Assembly: GCF_006345805.1 (NCBI RefSeq)
Contig: NW_021835954.1
Location: 124,001 to 188,000, forward strand
Reading direction: 5' to 3'
Origin: Octopus sinensis
Lineage: Eukaryota
DNA: 64,000 nt
The notes beneath the pieces are model-generated. The model was not told the DNA's origin, made no database searches, and saw only the letters and a list, made by a program, of their open reading frames with translations. Below, piece after piece: positions 54,341 to 64,000 of this stretch (positions within the stretch are counted from its first letter, which is position 1; every line of letters starts with the position of its first letter). A program made the translations under genes and the position numbers.

Positions 54341-54439
54341 CTGAAGAAAACGGAAAGAATAAAATGTACAACCACAATGTTATTTGTTGGAAAATATATT
54401 CAGAGGAGGTTTAACGATAACAAAATACATTTATATTAA

Positions 54440-54485
<46 letters not shown>

Positions 54486-54648
54486 CATCATCATCATCAT
54501 CATCATCGTTTAGCGTCCGTTTTCCATGCTAGCATGGGTTGGACGGTTCTACTGGGGTCTGTGAAGCCAGAAGGCTTCATCAGGCCCAGTCAAATCTGGC
54601 AGTGTTTCTACGGCTGGATGCCCTTCCTAACGCCAACCACTCCGTGAG
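54486..54648 (-). mobile_element. RTE-type 3' tail/SINE with (CAT)n
   Basis: Reverse complement of 63425-63582. Confidence 0.8.
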
Positions 54649-54683
54649 TAATCAAAATAAGCAACAAGGATATCCAAGGTAGA

Positions 54684-54769
54684 GTAGTACAATTGTTTCA
54701 TGCTACTTCATTTTATTAAACCTTGTAAGTATTACATCAGTTTTAAAATGTCGAGCAATCTTCAGCCAC
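54684..54769 (-). ncRNA. Type I hammerhead ribozyme-like motif, diverged family A copy
   Basis: Minus strand: gtgg-CTGAAGA-stem II (tgct/agca, catttta/taaaatg, aaac/gttt, tgtaa/ttaca)-GAAAC-AATT-GTA^ctac. Helix III is the palindrome ACAATTGT. Confidence 0.68.
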
Positions 54770-56059
54770 ATTTAGAATTTTCCAATTAAACGGACAATGC
54801 ACATTCTTATCCCTATTTCATTTGCCACCATTACAAAGACGGTAGATATATAGACACAGAGGTTGATTTCCTCATTAAAAACATGATGGTAGTATGTTCA
54901 TTCCCCGTCTGTGTAAGAATGTGCTCCAGATCCAAATGTATGGAAGGTTCCGAATTAGGTGAAGAATAAGCAAGAACACAGATGGGTTGAGGTTCCCTAC
55001 AGCTGTTTTGGATGCATTCTTTAGTGATGAATAAAAGAGTCTCCAAGTCATAACCTGGTTTGTAACATCATCTTTCACTATGTTCTATTTTGCGAGAAAT
55101 TCTAAATGTTAAATTTTCTCTCTATTCACTTGAAGAAAACGGTTTTGTCATGCATGATGTAATGCCTTTGCTCATCAATAATGGACACATCTGAAATAGT
55201 TGCAGTGAACCTCAGCCCATCTGTATTCTAGTTTATTCTTCACCTAATTCAGAACCTTCCTATTGTTTGTATATATATATATATATAAATATCTGTAAAT
55301 ATAAAACCATCCGAATTTCTGAGTACCTCATTTCTTCTAATATAAAATACCTGTACATCATCTCCAAACCTTCTAATATATATATATACACATATATATA
55401 CGACAGGCTTCTTTCAGTTCCCATCTACCAAATCTGCTTTGAATGGCCCAAGGCTATAGAAGACACTTGCCCAAGGTGCCACACAGTGGGACTGAGCCCA
55501 GGACCAAATGGTTGAGAAGCTAACTTCTTACCACACATGCCTGCACCTATAGCATATATATATATATATGAGTACAGATGGCTTAATAGAGTAAATGACA
55601 AACACCTGAGAATTCAGAAGTTCTTGTCTTCTCATTGGCACAGTTTCTTCTCCTCCTCCCCTCTATATGTAGAGAACCCTCAATGTAAGGGGGATAATAA
55701 TGACATAAATCGTTATAATATTTGGCAAAGACGATATCGTTCAACCCCCAACTCTGGCTTGACAGAACAGATCTACGATCAAAGGTATTCCAGCCATAAT
55801 CATCCCATATTTTTAGTGGGGTATCATTTATTACCCCATATTTCTGATGGTGCTTATTAGGATTGAAGTATCCAGTGTGTCCTCTAGCATTCCATGATAG
55901 TTGGCTGCTATTTTTAGCAGGTCACCAACCACACAGAGACTCCCCTGTTGGCTTAGATGACCATACTAATGTGTGCTGGTGAGTATGGTAGTACAAGAAC
56001 AGAGAGAAGAGTGTGAATGTTAAAACAATATGGAAGAACAATGATAGGTGTAACATTAC

Positions 56060-56298
56060 CTGGAGAAAATGACATCAGGTATAAGACAAGTCCAAGAATG
56101 GCTGACCAAGAATAATCTGAAGGACAGAAGTCAAGTGCAAATATTTCATGATTGGCAGTAGAATTGGTTTCTGTGGAACAGATATCTGAATCATCAGAGG
56201 AATTTCCTTTTGGCAAGCAGTAACCAAATTTCACTGTTTGTCCATTATCAGTGTATGCAAATCCACAGTCGTCATCCACAATACATGTATCACAAGTG
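56060..56298 (-). CDS. SLC2A13: Proton myo-inositol cotransporter-like exon (Cys-rich extracellular loop + TM10 start)
   Basis: TCDTCIVDDDCGFAY...CPSDYSWSAILGLVLYLMSFSP(G). Ends cAG / GTAATG, 239 bp, phase 2-1. The large Cys-rich loop is characteristic of HMIT. Confidence 0.9.
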
Positions 56299-56350
56299 CT
56301 GGATGTGAGGAAAGAAAAAAAAAAAGAGAAAAAAATGATTACATTTAGTA

Positions 56351-56861
56351 TCGTAAATCCTCGAGTATAATCCGCATTTTTTCCCCAAAATTTAAAGGTC
56401 AAAATCCCTAGTGCGTACTATATATGAGGTTAAATTTAAATTATTTTCTAAGCAATGTCCGAGTCTCTATTTGCTGTCCGGCAATGTTTATTCAGACGCA
56501 TTTTGTGATGTCGGGCATGAAAATACCTTAAGCTAAGCCTGAAAGCAATGAAGTCCTAAAATAATCATCCATAACTTGCAGTAAGCAACATTTATTAAAC
56601 GTTATTACTGTTATTTCTTTATTTTCTGCAAACAAAATGCACAAAAAAGCTACACGTTTGCATTATGTTATATATACAATAATAATAAAGGATGTTACCG
56701 TATATATTTTTACAAACCAAGGACGTTATATAGACCTCCTTGAGTCAAGTTAGAGAAGGGGTGCATATTATACACGCGGTTTAGGTTTTTCAGAGGTACA
56801 GCTCCCTTAAAAATCCCCTGCGTATTATACTCAAGGGTGGACTATACTCGAGGATTTACGG
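56351..56861. mobile_element. Tc2/pogo-like non-autonomous element
   Basis: TA|tcgtaaatcctcgagtata ... tatactcgaggatttacgg|TA, with subterminal repeats tgcgta(c/t)tata. Confidence 0.8.
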
Positions 56862-57964
56862 TATATGTTTTCGGAGACATTTTCCCATTTTTATAAAATC
56901 AACCTGGGTGAAAATAAGAGGGAAACTAGTTTCTGTGAAAAAAGGTGTTGAACTATCTCATCTTATAGAATGAGGAAAAGGAACTGTTTTATATCTGAAG
57001 ATCCAATCAAATTAAGTGAAATCTAAGGTGAGGTCATGGTTTGATTGCTGATTTCAGCAAACAAAAGATTGTACTCTTGTTGAATTATTGGTTTGTCAGA
57101 ATAGCTTTAACTGAAGAGACACACAACAAGGTCAAAACACAACTGTGTCTCAAAGTCTCCTTTTGCCAGTGAATTACATGTTTTGAACACAAATCATCTA
57201 AAGTGGGGGGGGGGGGTTCTAATGGCAAACAGCAACAGCAATCAGCCTATTCACATTTGAATCTGCTATGATGTAATTTAATAAATAGATACATAATGGA
57301 AAAATGCAATTATAAGTAATTATAAGTTTGAAAAAGAAATAAAAATGTAAACTGAACTTTTAACAATCTTTTAAGAATTTAAGAACATTAGAAATAATTT
57401 ATTTTCTAAATTTTTTAAAAGGTTTCTCAGAGAAGAAATAACAGTGCTCCAAGCCATTCTGCAAGATCTCTAAGATTAGTGGGAAGAGTTATCAAAAGAC
57501 TGGCGACCTGGATCGAATTCTTGTGACAGCGTGAACTTGGATAAGATTACCCAAGAATCAGGTTTAGGTATTAAACCAGTCGATGGATCAGACAATGTAA
57601 CCACCAAAAATATACTTGTTTTTGCAAAGGCCACACTTAAGGGATTTGGAAGCTGCAAATTCCCCATCCCTATAAGCATTTTACTGTGTTGCTATATAAG
57701 ACACAAAATTTTGTTTGCTTTAATTATTTTTATCTCTAGAAAAATTGGATACACCAAAAAATTATTATTAGAAATTACTTATAGAAAATGTCTATTTTTT
57801 GACAAAAGATTGGATTATCATATACAGTTCTTGGTTTTAGAAATTATAAACCATAATATTCCAAACAATAGATTACCAGTAAATGCATGATTGAAAACAA
57901 AAATTAAATTAATGGAAAAATTGACTGAAAAATTGAGAAACTTGAAAATGGTTTTTTTTTTTAC

Positions 57965-58073
57965 CTGTAGCTGCAGTGGTCATTCTCTAAATTTGTTTGA
58001 TTCAAGTTCTTTGGTGAATTTATGGCAGACAACTGGAAACCTATTGCTAATATTGTAAGACTGAAGAAAACAC
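57965..58073 (-). CDS. SLC2A13: Proton myo-inositol cotransporter-like exon (TM9)
   Basis: (G)VFFSLTILAIGFQLSAINSPKNLNQTNLENDHCSY(S). AG/GT ends, 109 bp, phase 1-2. Confidence 0.88.
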
Positions 58074-58197
58074 CTGAAGCAAAGAAAAGAAACAAAACCA
58101 TTATATAAGAACAATGAATAATGGAAGACATGCAGAACTCTAAGAGAAAAGTATTGGTACTAAAAGGGACTCTAACAAGGACTTAAAAATTCTAGAA

Positions 58198-58612
58198 TGG
58201 CAAGCTGGCAGAAACATTAGCACGCCGGGCGAAATGCCTAGCAGTATTTCGTCTGTCACTACGTTCTGAGTTCAAATTCTGCCGAGGTCGACTTTGCTTT
58301 TCATCCTTTCGGGGTCGATAAATTAAGTACCAGTTACGCACTGGGGTCGATGTAATCGACTTAATCTGTTTGTCTGTCCTTGTTTGTCCTTACTGGGTCT
58401 AGCCCCTTGTGGGTAGTAAAGAAACAGGTATTTCGTCTGCCGTTACGTTCTGAGTTCAAATTCCGCCGAGGTCGACTTTGCTTTTCATCCTTTCGAGGAT
58501 GATTAAATAAGTACCAGTTACGCACTGGGATCGATATAATCGACTTAATCCGTTTGTCTGTCCTTGTTTGTCCCCTCTATGTTTAGCCCCTTGTGGACAG
58601 TAAAGAAATAAT
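58198..58612 (+). mobile_element. tRNA-SINE, full copy plus tandem second body
   Basis: Head ggcaagctggcagaaacattagcacgccgggcgaaatg and B-box gagttcaaattc. Second unit starts at ~58427 after gtaaagaaac/aggtatttcg. Confidence 0.88.
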
Positions 58613-58989
58613 AATGGTCTAGTGTTATAGAGCCAGCATTTCCTACGTATTAAAGAAACAGTTTAGTTGTTTCTTCACTTTTAACTCTTTCGATAACTAC
58701 CTGCCTGATTCCACCCTCAATCTACAATACAAAGTTATCTGAACAAATTTTTCATTCTCTTCCAAATTAATTGAAGTGAAAGCAGTGAGTATTAACAGAA
58801 ATTTAGTAAAGAAATGGTTAAGAAAAAATAACATTATTTTTTTTTCATTGCAATTATGTTACCTATGTTGAATGAGTTTTGTCATGAGACAGTTCAACAA
58901 GATTATTTCCGTGTGGAATTTTAATGAAAATGATTGGCAATATTAACATAGAATTTTGTAAAATTAAAAAATGGAGAAACTTTTTTCAC

Positions 58990-59153
58990 CTGTCAAGCTA
59001 CCGATCGCCAGTTTTCGTCGACCAAATCTCTCAATCAGCCAAAGTCCACTGAAGCCAGCCAGAAAGTTGACAGCTGCAGTTAGAGAAGCATACCAAATTG
59101 CCTTAGATTCCTCTCGGACACCTGCCATTTTTATTATCGAAGCACTGTAATAC
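58990..59153 (-). CDS. SLC2A13: Proton myo-inositol cotransporter-like exon (TM7 end-TM8)
   Basis: (M)YYSASIIKMAGVREESKAIWYASLTAAVNFLAGFSGLWLIERFGRRKLAIGSLT(G), with the ERFGRR motif. 164 bp, AG/GT ends. Confidence 0.92.
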
Positions 59154-59555
59154 CTGTGGCAAAAGATAATGATAACTTGTCATTCATTTGTTGGCTACAG
59201 GTGTGAATGGTTTGGGCAACTAACATCAAACACAGTAAAGTTTTGTCCCAAAGTGAGAATCTTCAGAAACTAATGACAATCACCTGAAGTTGTTGATATT
59301 CCCTTTGCATAGCAGCTCGGCAGGTGTCTTCTATTACAAGCCTGGATTGACCAAATCCTTGTGAGTATATTTGGGAGGTAAAAACTGAAAGGTATGTGCA
59401 TGCGTGTGTGTGAGTGTGTGTGTGTAAGTGTGGTGGGGTATGTATGTATGTAAAGGGCAAAGACCTTCCTTGGTCATGATTGACCATGGTATTGCACCTA
59501 GGAAGTTCCCTTCCAAAACACAAGTTCTAACCACTGAGCCATGTGCCTGTATGTA

Positions 59556-59780
59556 TTGGGTTGTCCGGAAAGTTTGTGCCAATTTATAGTAGCTTACCTT
59601 TCGACTTACCCTCCCAAGAACCTCAATTCTGGGAAGAAAGTATTTTCAAGTTAAAGGAAAGATGGAGATGCATTGTGCAACAAAATGGTTCATATTTGGT
59701 TGATTAAAAATGTAATGGCAAGTATTTATTGACCTTTTTCTTTCCTTTAAAAATTGGCACGAACTTTTCGGACAACCCAA
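59556..59780 (+). mobile_element. 225-bp mariner MITE, same family as 3014-3580
   Basis: TA|ttgggttgtccggaaagtttgtgcc ... ggcacgaacttttcggacaacccaa|TA. Retains PQFWEESIFKLKERWRCIVQQNGSYLVD*. Confidence 0.9.
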
Positions 59781-60239
59781 TATGTATGTGTGTGTGTGTG
59801 TGTGTGTATATGTATGTGTGCGTATGTATGTATGTATGTATGTATGTATGTATGTACATACGTACATATGTATGTATATGCATGTGTCTGTGCCTCCTGA
59901 TCCTGACACTGCATGAATAAACTGTAAATTAGGGTCACCATAATGCAAGCACAGTCATCTGTTTCCAGTCTATGAAAACATTTTCAGTCATTAGAAAATA
60001 TGACCTTACATGGAGACAAGCGAAGGCTGCCAGCAAAGATGTGTAGCCATAGGAAAAATCTGCCTCAACAAATTCTAACCAACCCATGCAAGTATGGAAA
60101 AGTGCATGGTAGCATGGTAGAACAACGATGATGATAACCAAATGGCCCTCAACAGACTTTTTAATCGCAGAGAAAGTTTTAACATTTCAGTCAGTAATTT
60201 ACTGCCACACATGCATACCCTAAATTCAGCACTGACAAC

Positions 60240-60653
60240 TCTATACATATAAAGCTGAAGTTGTCTGTGTATGGCAGGTTTGGTAGCCTTTAACTAATAC
60301 TATCTCCTCCGAGACCCTGCTGCGCAAGTTGACCAAAATTGAAAGTATGATAGAAGAAGGCTTACTCTTCCTTCCGTAGAAGATAAAATTCAAATTGGAC
60401 CATTGTTAACGCCAAAAATTATTTACATCAAAAAGGTGCTTTATTTCTATGAAAATCCCTATTTTTTACGATTTTTTGACTGCTGTGTCCCCATTTTTCG
60501 GTGTATTTCAACCAGAAAAATGTTCACTTAAAGAGAATAACAAGCTGCATAATGCAAAATTTTTACTTTTTACTTGTTAACGCGACATCAAAGTCTGCCG
60601 TTTTAAGCGCAACTAAAAAAACAAACCCGAGCAACACCGGGCTATACTGCTAG
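60240..60653 (+). mobile_element. Non-autonomous Helitron-like element
   Basis: 5' tctatacatataaag; 3' cccgagcaacaccggg-ctatactg-CTAG|T. Confidence 0.72.
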
Positions 60654-60859
60654 TACATAATTAAAAAAACAATGTCTTACATAAACACATCAAACTATTC
60701 TTTTACTGGTTTTAAGCCATTGGCCTGTGGTCAAGCTGTGGCACAACTTTCAAGGGTTTTAGTGAATATTGACTTCAGTATTATAGCCAATATATTGAAC
60801 TCAGTATTCTAGCTCTTCATTTTATGTATGCTATTTACACACAGACACTTATACACATT

Positions 60860-61090
60860 TATATATACATGTCAGTGACCCGTAAAAGGTACCTGTGCCA
60901 GTTATAGATAAATGGCACCCTGTATACTGTGTAGAGTGGTAGCGTTAGGATGGCATCGAGCTGTAGATACCAAGCCAAAGTATACTGGAGCCCGGTGCAG
61001 CTCTCCAGCTTACCAGTTCCGGTCAAACCGTTTAAACCATACCAGCAAGGAAAACGGACGCTAAGTGTTGATGATGATGATGATGATGGT
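60860..61090 (+). mobile_element. Decayed RTE-type 3' tail/SINE with (GAT)n
   Basis: Similar to 63385-63582. Confidence 0.6.
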
Positions 61091-61349
61091 GATAATGCCG
61101 TCAACACTTATTTTTACAGAGTTACCGCCCGTTCAAAACATAAAGGGAGGTAACTTCCTTTGTTTCGCTGCCTTACACCAAGACATATTGTTATCCGTGT
61201 ACATCAATGTTTCTAAGAAAATTTTTTTATGTATGGATTCCCTATATTCCCATTTTACTCAAAGGAACCCTCCTAGCCATTCAAAGTTTTAAAAAAATCA
61301 TATTATATTTTTATAACTAAATATTATTAAGAATAATAATAAAAATAAT

Positions 61350-61609
61350 ATAATAATGAAATTATTGTATACAGTGCTCAGGTGCACCACAACTTGTCAA
61401 ACGTGCATATAAAGCATATGCAGTAATGTACAAATGTCTGGGAAGCAAACAGTGTATGAGTCAGATAGATGCTTGCGTGTGTATGGAGGGGAGAAAATCA
61501 GGTGTAGTGTTGGTGAATCTCAGGAAGCATGGAAGTTTTGAAGGATCCAGTGCTCCGACAACTAACAACTGATGCCGGCAGTTTGTTCCATGCTTCAGTA
61601 ACTCTTAGC
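61350..61609 (-). mobile_element. CR1-like LINE 3' end
   Basis: Minus strand reads TLRVTEAWNKLPASVVSCRSTGSFKTSMLPEIHQHYT*, the RV...WN.LP..VV...FK C-terminal motif. Confidence 0.7.
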
Positions 61610-62071
61610 GTTATTCGTGTATATCAATGTTTCTCAGACATTTTTTTATGTATGGATCCCCTATATTCCCATTTTACTCCTAGCCATTCAACGTTTAAAA
61701 AAAAATCATATTATATTTTTATAACTAAATATTATTAAGAATGAATAAAAAAAATTGTTAAAATATTTTGTGTATTGTAAAAGTATTAATCATTTTATTG
61801 CAAATAAACTTCAACAACAAAATCTTATATGGACCTACAAGAGCCAAATGGACCCTGGTCGAAAACTACTCATATACATAAACATGTAGATATATAATGG
61901 GCGTCAACACAGTTTCCACTTACAAGGCATTAATCGACCTACAATATATAGGTGATAGCTTTGCCCCTACCTCTATAACCATGTGATTGCAAAGCAAAAG
62001 CCCTAGCTTGGTTAGCCATACCTGCACCGATACACATTAGGGAAGATATTGAAGAAACAAGTGACACTTAC

Positions 62072-62186
62072 ATGACAGTATTAATACCACATAACTGTTG
62101 AAAGAGCTGTAAACCGCAGCCAACTACTAAGGCACGACGTACTGTTTTGCTTTGAAAGATTCTCTTCAAATTATAGATGAGACTAC
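62072..62186 (-). CDS. SLC2A13: Proton myo-inositol cotransporter-like exon (TM7); upstream exons lie outside the window
   Basis: (G)[37 protein letters not shown](M). Ends tttttcAG / AT|GTAAGT, and the split codon AT+G fits the next exon. Confidence 0.92.
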
Positions 62187-62354
62187 CTGAAAAATATAGA
62201 GGAGATTTTGTTAAGTCATTGATAATAGAATCAATATGGTAAACATCAACAGCAATCAGCATCATAATCAACAACAGCAGCATTGTTAAAACATCTACTT
62301 TTCCATGCTTGTATGAAATGGATAGAATTTACTAAGGCAGATTTTCTACTGTGT

Positions 62355-63582
62355 AGTCTGGCCAATAGTATGGACTGGTCATTTCTCGCTGAGGACATGC
62401 GTAAGCTCGCGAGAAATGAAGCTAGTATGCTCTGTTGGATGTGTAATGTCAGTGTTCATAGTCGACAGAGTGTAAGTACCTTGAGAGAAAAGTTGGACCT
62501 AAGAGGAATCAGATGTTGTGTGCAAGAGAGACGATTGCGCTGGTATGGTCATGTGGTGAGAATGGATGAAGATAGGTGTGTGAAAAAGTGCCACACCCTG
62601 GCAGTTGAGGGGACCTGTGGAAGAGGTAGACCCAGGAAAACCTGGGTCGAGGTGGTGAAGCACGGCCTTCGAACTCTAGGTCTCACCAAGGAAATGACCA
62701 GAGACCGAGACCTATGGAAGTATGCTGTGCGTGAGAAGACCGGCAAGACCAGTGAGAACAATCAAGATCAAATCATATATCAGAAAGCAGGGGTTAAGTG
62801 ACCCATCTGTTCGTGTCCGCTGTCAGCCTCGTCTGGCACCCGTGCCGGTGATACGTAAAAGCACCATTCGCTCGTGGCTGTTTGCCAGCTCTGCCTGGCC
62901 CCGTGTCGGTGGCACGTAAAAGCACCATCCGTTCGTGTTCGTTGGCAGCCTCGCCTGGCCCCGTGCCGGTGACACGTAAAAGCACCGTCCGTTCATGGCC
63001 GTTTGCCAGCTCTGTCTGGCCCCGTGTCGGTGGCATGTAAAAGCACCATCCGTTTGTGTCCGTTGCCAGCCTCGGCTGGCCCCCGTGCCGGTGACACGTA
63101 AAAGCACCGTCCGCTCGTGGCCGTTTGCCAGCTCTGTCTGGCAACCGTGTCGGTGGAACGTAAAAGCACCATCCGTTCGCGTCCGTTGCCAGCCTTGGCT
63201 GGCCCCCGTGCCGGTGACACGTAAAAGCACTGTCCATTCGTGGCCAGTTGCCAGCTCTGTCTGGCCCCGTGTCGGTGGCACGTAAAAGCACCATCCGTTC
63301 GTGTCCGTTGCCAGCATCGCCTGGCCCCGTGCCGGTGACACGTAAAAGCACCATCCGTTCGTGGCCGTTTGCCAGCTCTGTCTGGCACCTGTGCAGGTGG
63401 CACGTAAAAAACACCCACTACACTCGTGGAGTGGTTGGCGTTAGGAAGGGCATCCAGCCGTAGAAACACTGCCAGATCTGACTGGGCCTGACGAAGCCTT
63501 CCAGCTTCACAGACCCCAGTTGATCCGTCCAACCCATGCTAGCATGGAAAGCGGACGCTAAACGATGATGATGATGATGATG
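62355..63582 (+). mobile_element. 5'-truncated RTE-clade LINE (ORF C-terminus + 3' UTR + (GAT)n tail)
   Basis: KLARNEASMLCWMC...LREKL...RRLRWYGHVVRM...GRGRPRKTW...DRDLWK. 3' tail gttaggaagggcatccagccgtagaaac...aaacgatgatgatg. Confidence 0.9.
62803..63412 (+). repeat. Ten ~60-61-bp tandem units alternating between two variants inside the RTE 3' UTR
   Basis: taaaagcacc recurs at ~62856, 62917, 62977, 63038, 63099, 63161, 63222, 63283, 63343 and (variant) 63405. Confidence 0.92.
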
Positions 63583-63668
63583 GAAGGAAACTCAATCTTT
63601 AATCTGTTGTTTTACATTCAGCAGTTATATCTTAACCTTTTTGTTGCCATATTTCTGCTCTTTGTTTC

Positions 63669-64000
63669 AGTCTTACTAGCTGCATCGCCAAACTGATGGA
63701 ATCCTGAAACTTCTGGAAGTCTCACAGCCTCATCCAGCCGTCACAATTTGGATTTATTCCTAACTCCAGCTGCTGTAATCAACTCATTGAGTTTCTTGAG
63801 GACGTTACCCAAATCACTGATCGCGGATCCTGGGTGGATGTTGTTTACCTGGACTTTGCTAAGGCTTTTAACTCTGTGCCACACAAAAGACTTATGGTGA
63901 AGCTTTCTGCGTTGGGTGTAAGAGACGAACTCTATAACTGGTTGAAGTCCTTTATTTTCAGCCGAAAAGAGGTTGTCACAGTTCTAGGACAGCACTCTTC
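63669..64000 (+). mobile_element. CR1/Jockey-like LINE RT fragment (runs off window)
   Basis: SLTSCIAKLMES..SQFGFIPNSSCCNQLIEFLEDVT...VDVVYLDFAKAFNSVPHKRLMVKL..LG...LYNWLKSF. Confidence 0.88.

Noticed and set aside
57965-58073. Suspected frameshift in an SLC2A13-like exon
   Set aside because: Recounting gives 109 bp with an open frame and correct phases (1-2). All six exons join without stops.
62794-63532. Long overlapping minus-strand ORFs (up to 206 aa)
   Set aside because: These are translations of the GC-rich 60-bp tandem repeat in the RTE 3' UTR.

Overview
Eukaryotic (animal) genomic DNA, probably cephalopod/octopus. That origin is inferred from the SINE, microsatellite and LINE complement and was not verified. 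The window is mostly repeats. A ~27 kb AT-rich satellite (15126-42146), built from 28-bp and 23-bp modules with hierarchical block duplications, separates two minus-strand genes. The first is the 3' half (6 coding exons, 50611-62186) of an SLC2A13/HMIT-like myo-inositol transporter whose 5' part lies beyond the right edge. The second is a large coding exon (13281-14267) encoding a polyQ/polyH/polyN N-terminus that ends in a MARVEL-like (CMTM/plasmolipin-type) motif. The flanks hold decayed Tx1/L1, CR1, RTE and possibly CRE LINE fragments, mariner/Tc, piggyBac-like and Helitron/Helentron non-autonomous elements, and tRNA-derived SINEs. The most notable unexplained signal is a 4.5 kb cluster (6.4-10.9 kb) of fold-back (inverted-repeat) elements. 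Three of these carry type I minimal hammerhead-ribozyme folds from three unrelated sequence families. Dispersed copies at 43.5 and 54.7 kb support the folds, one family through covariation, and another family has a compensatory G3-C8 core swap. All structures were folded by eye and no database searches were run.
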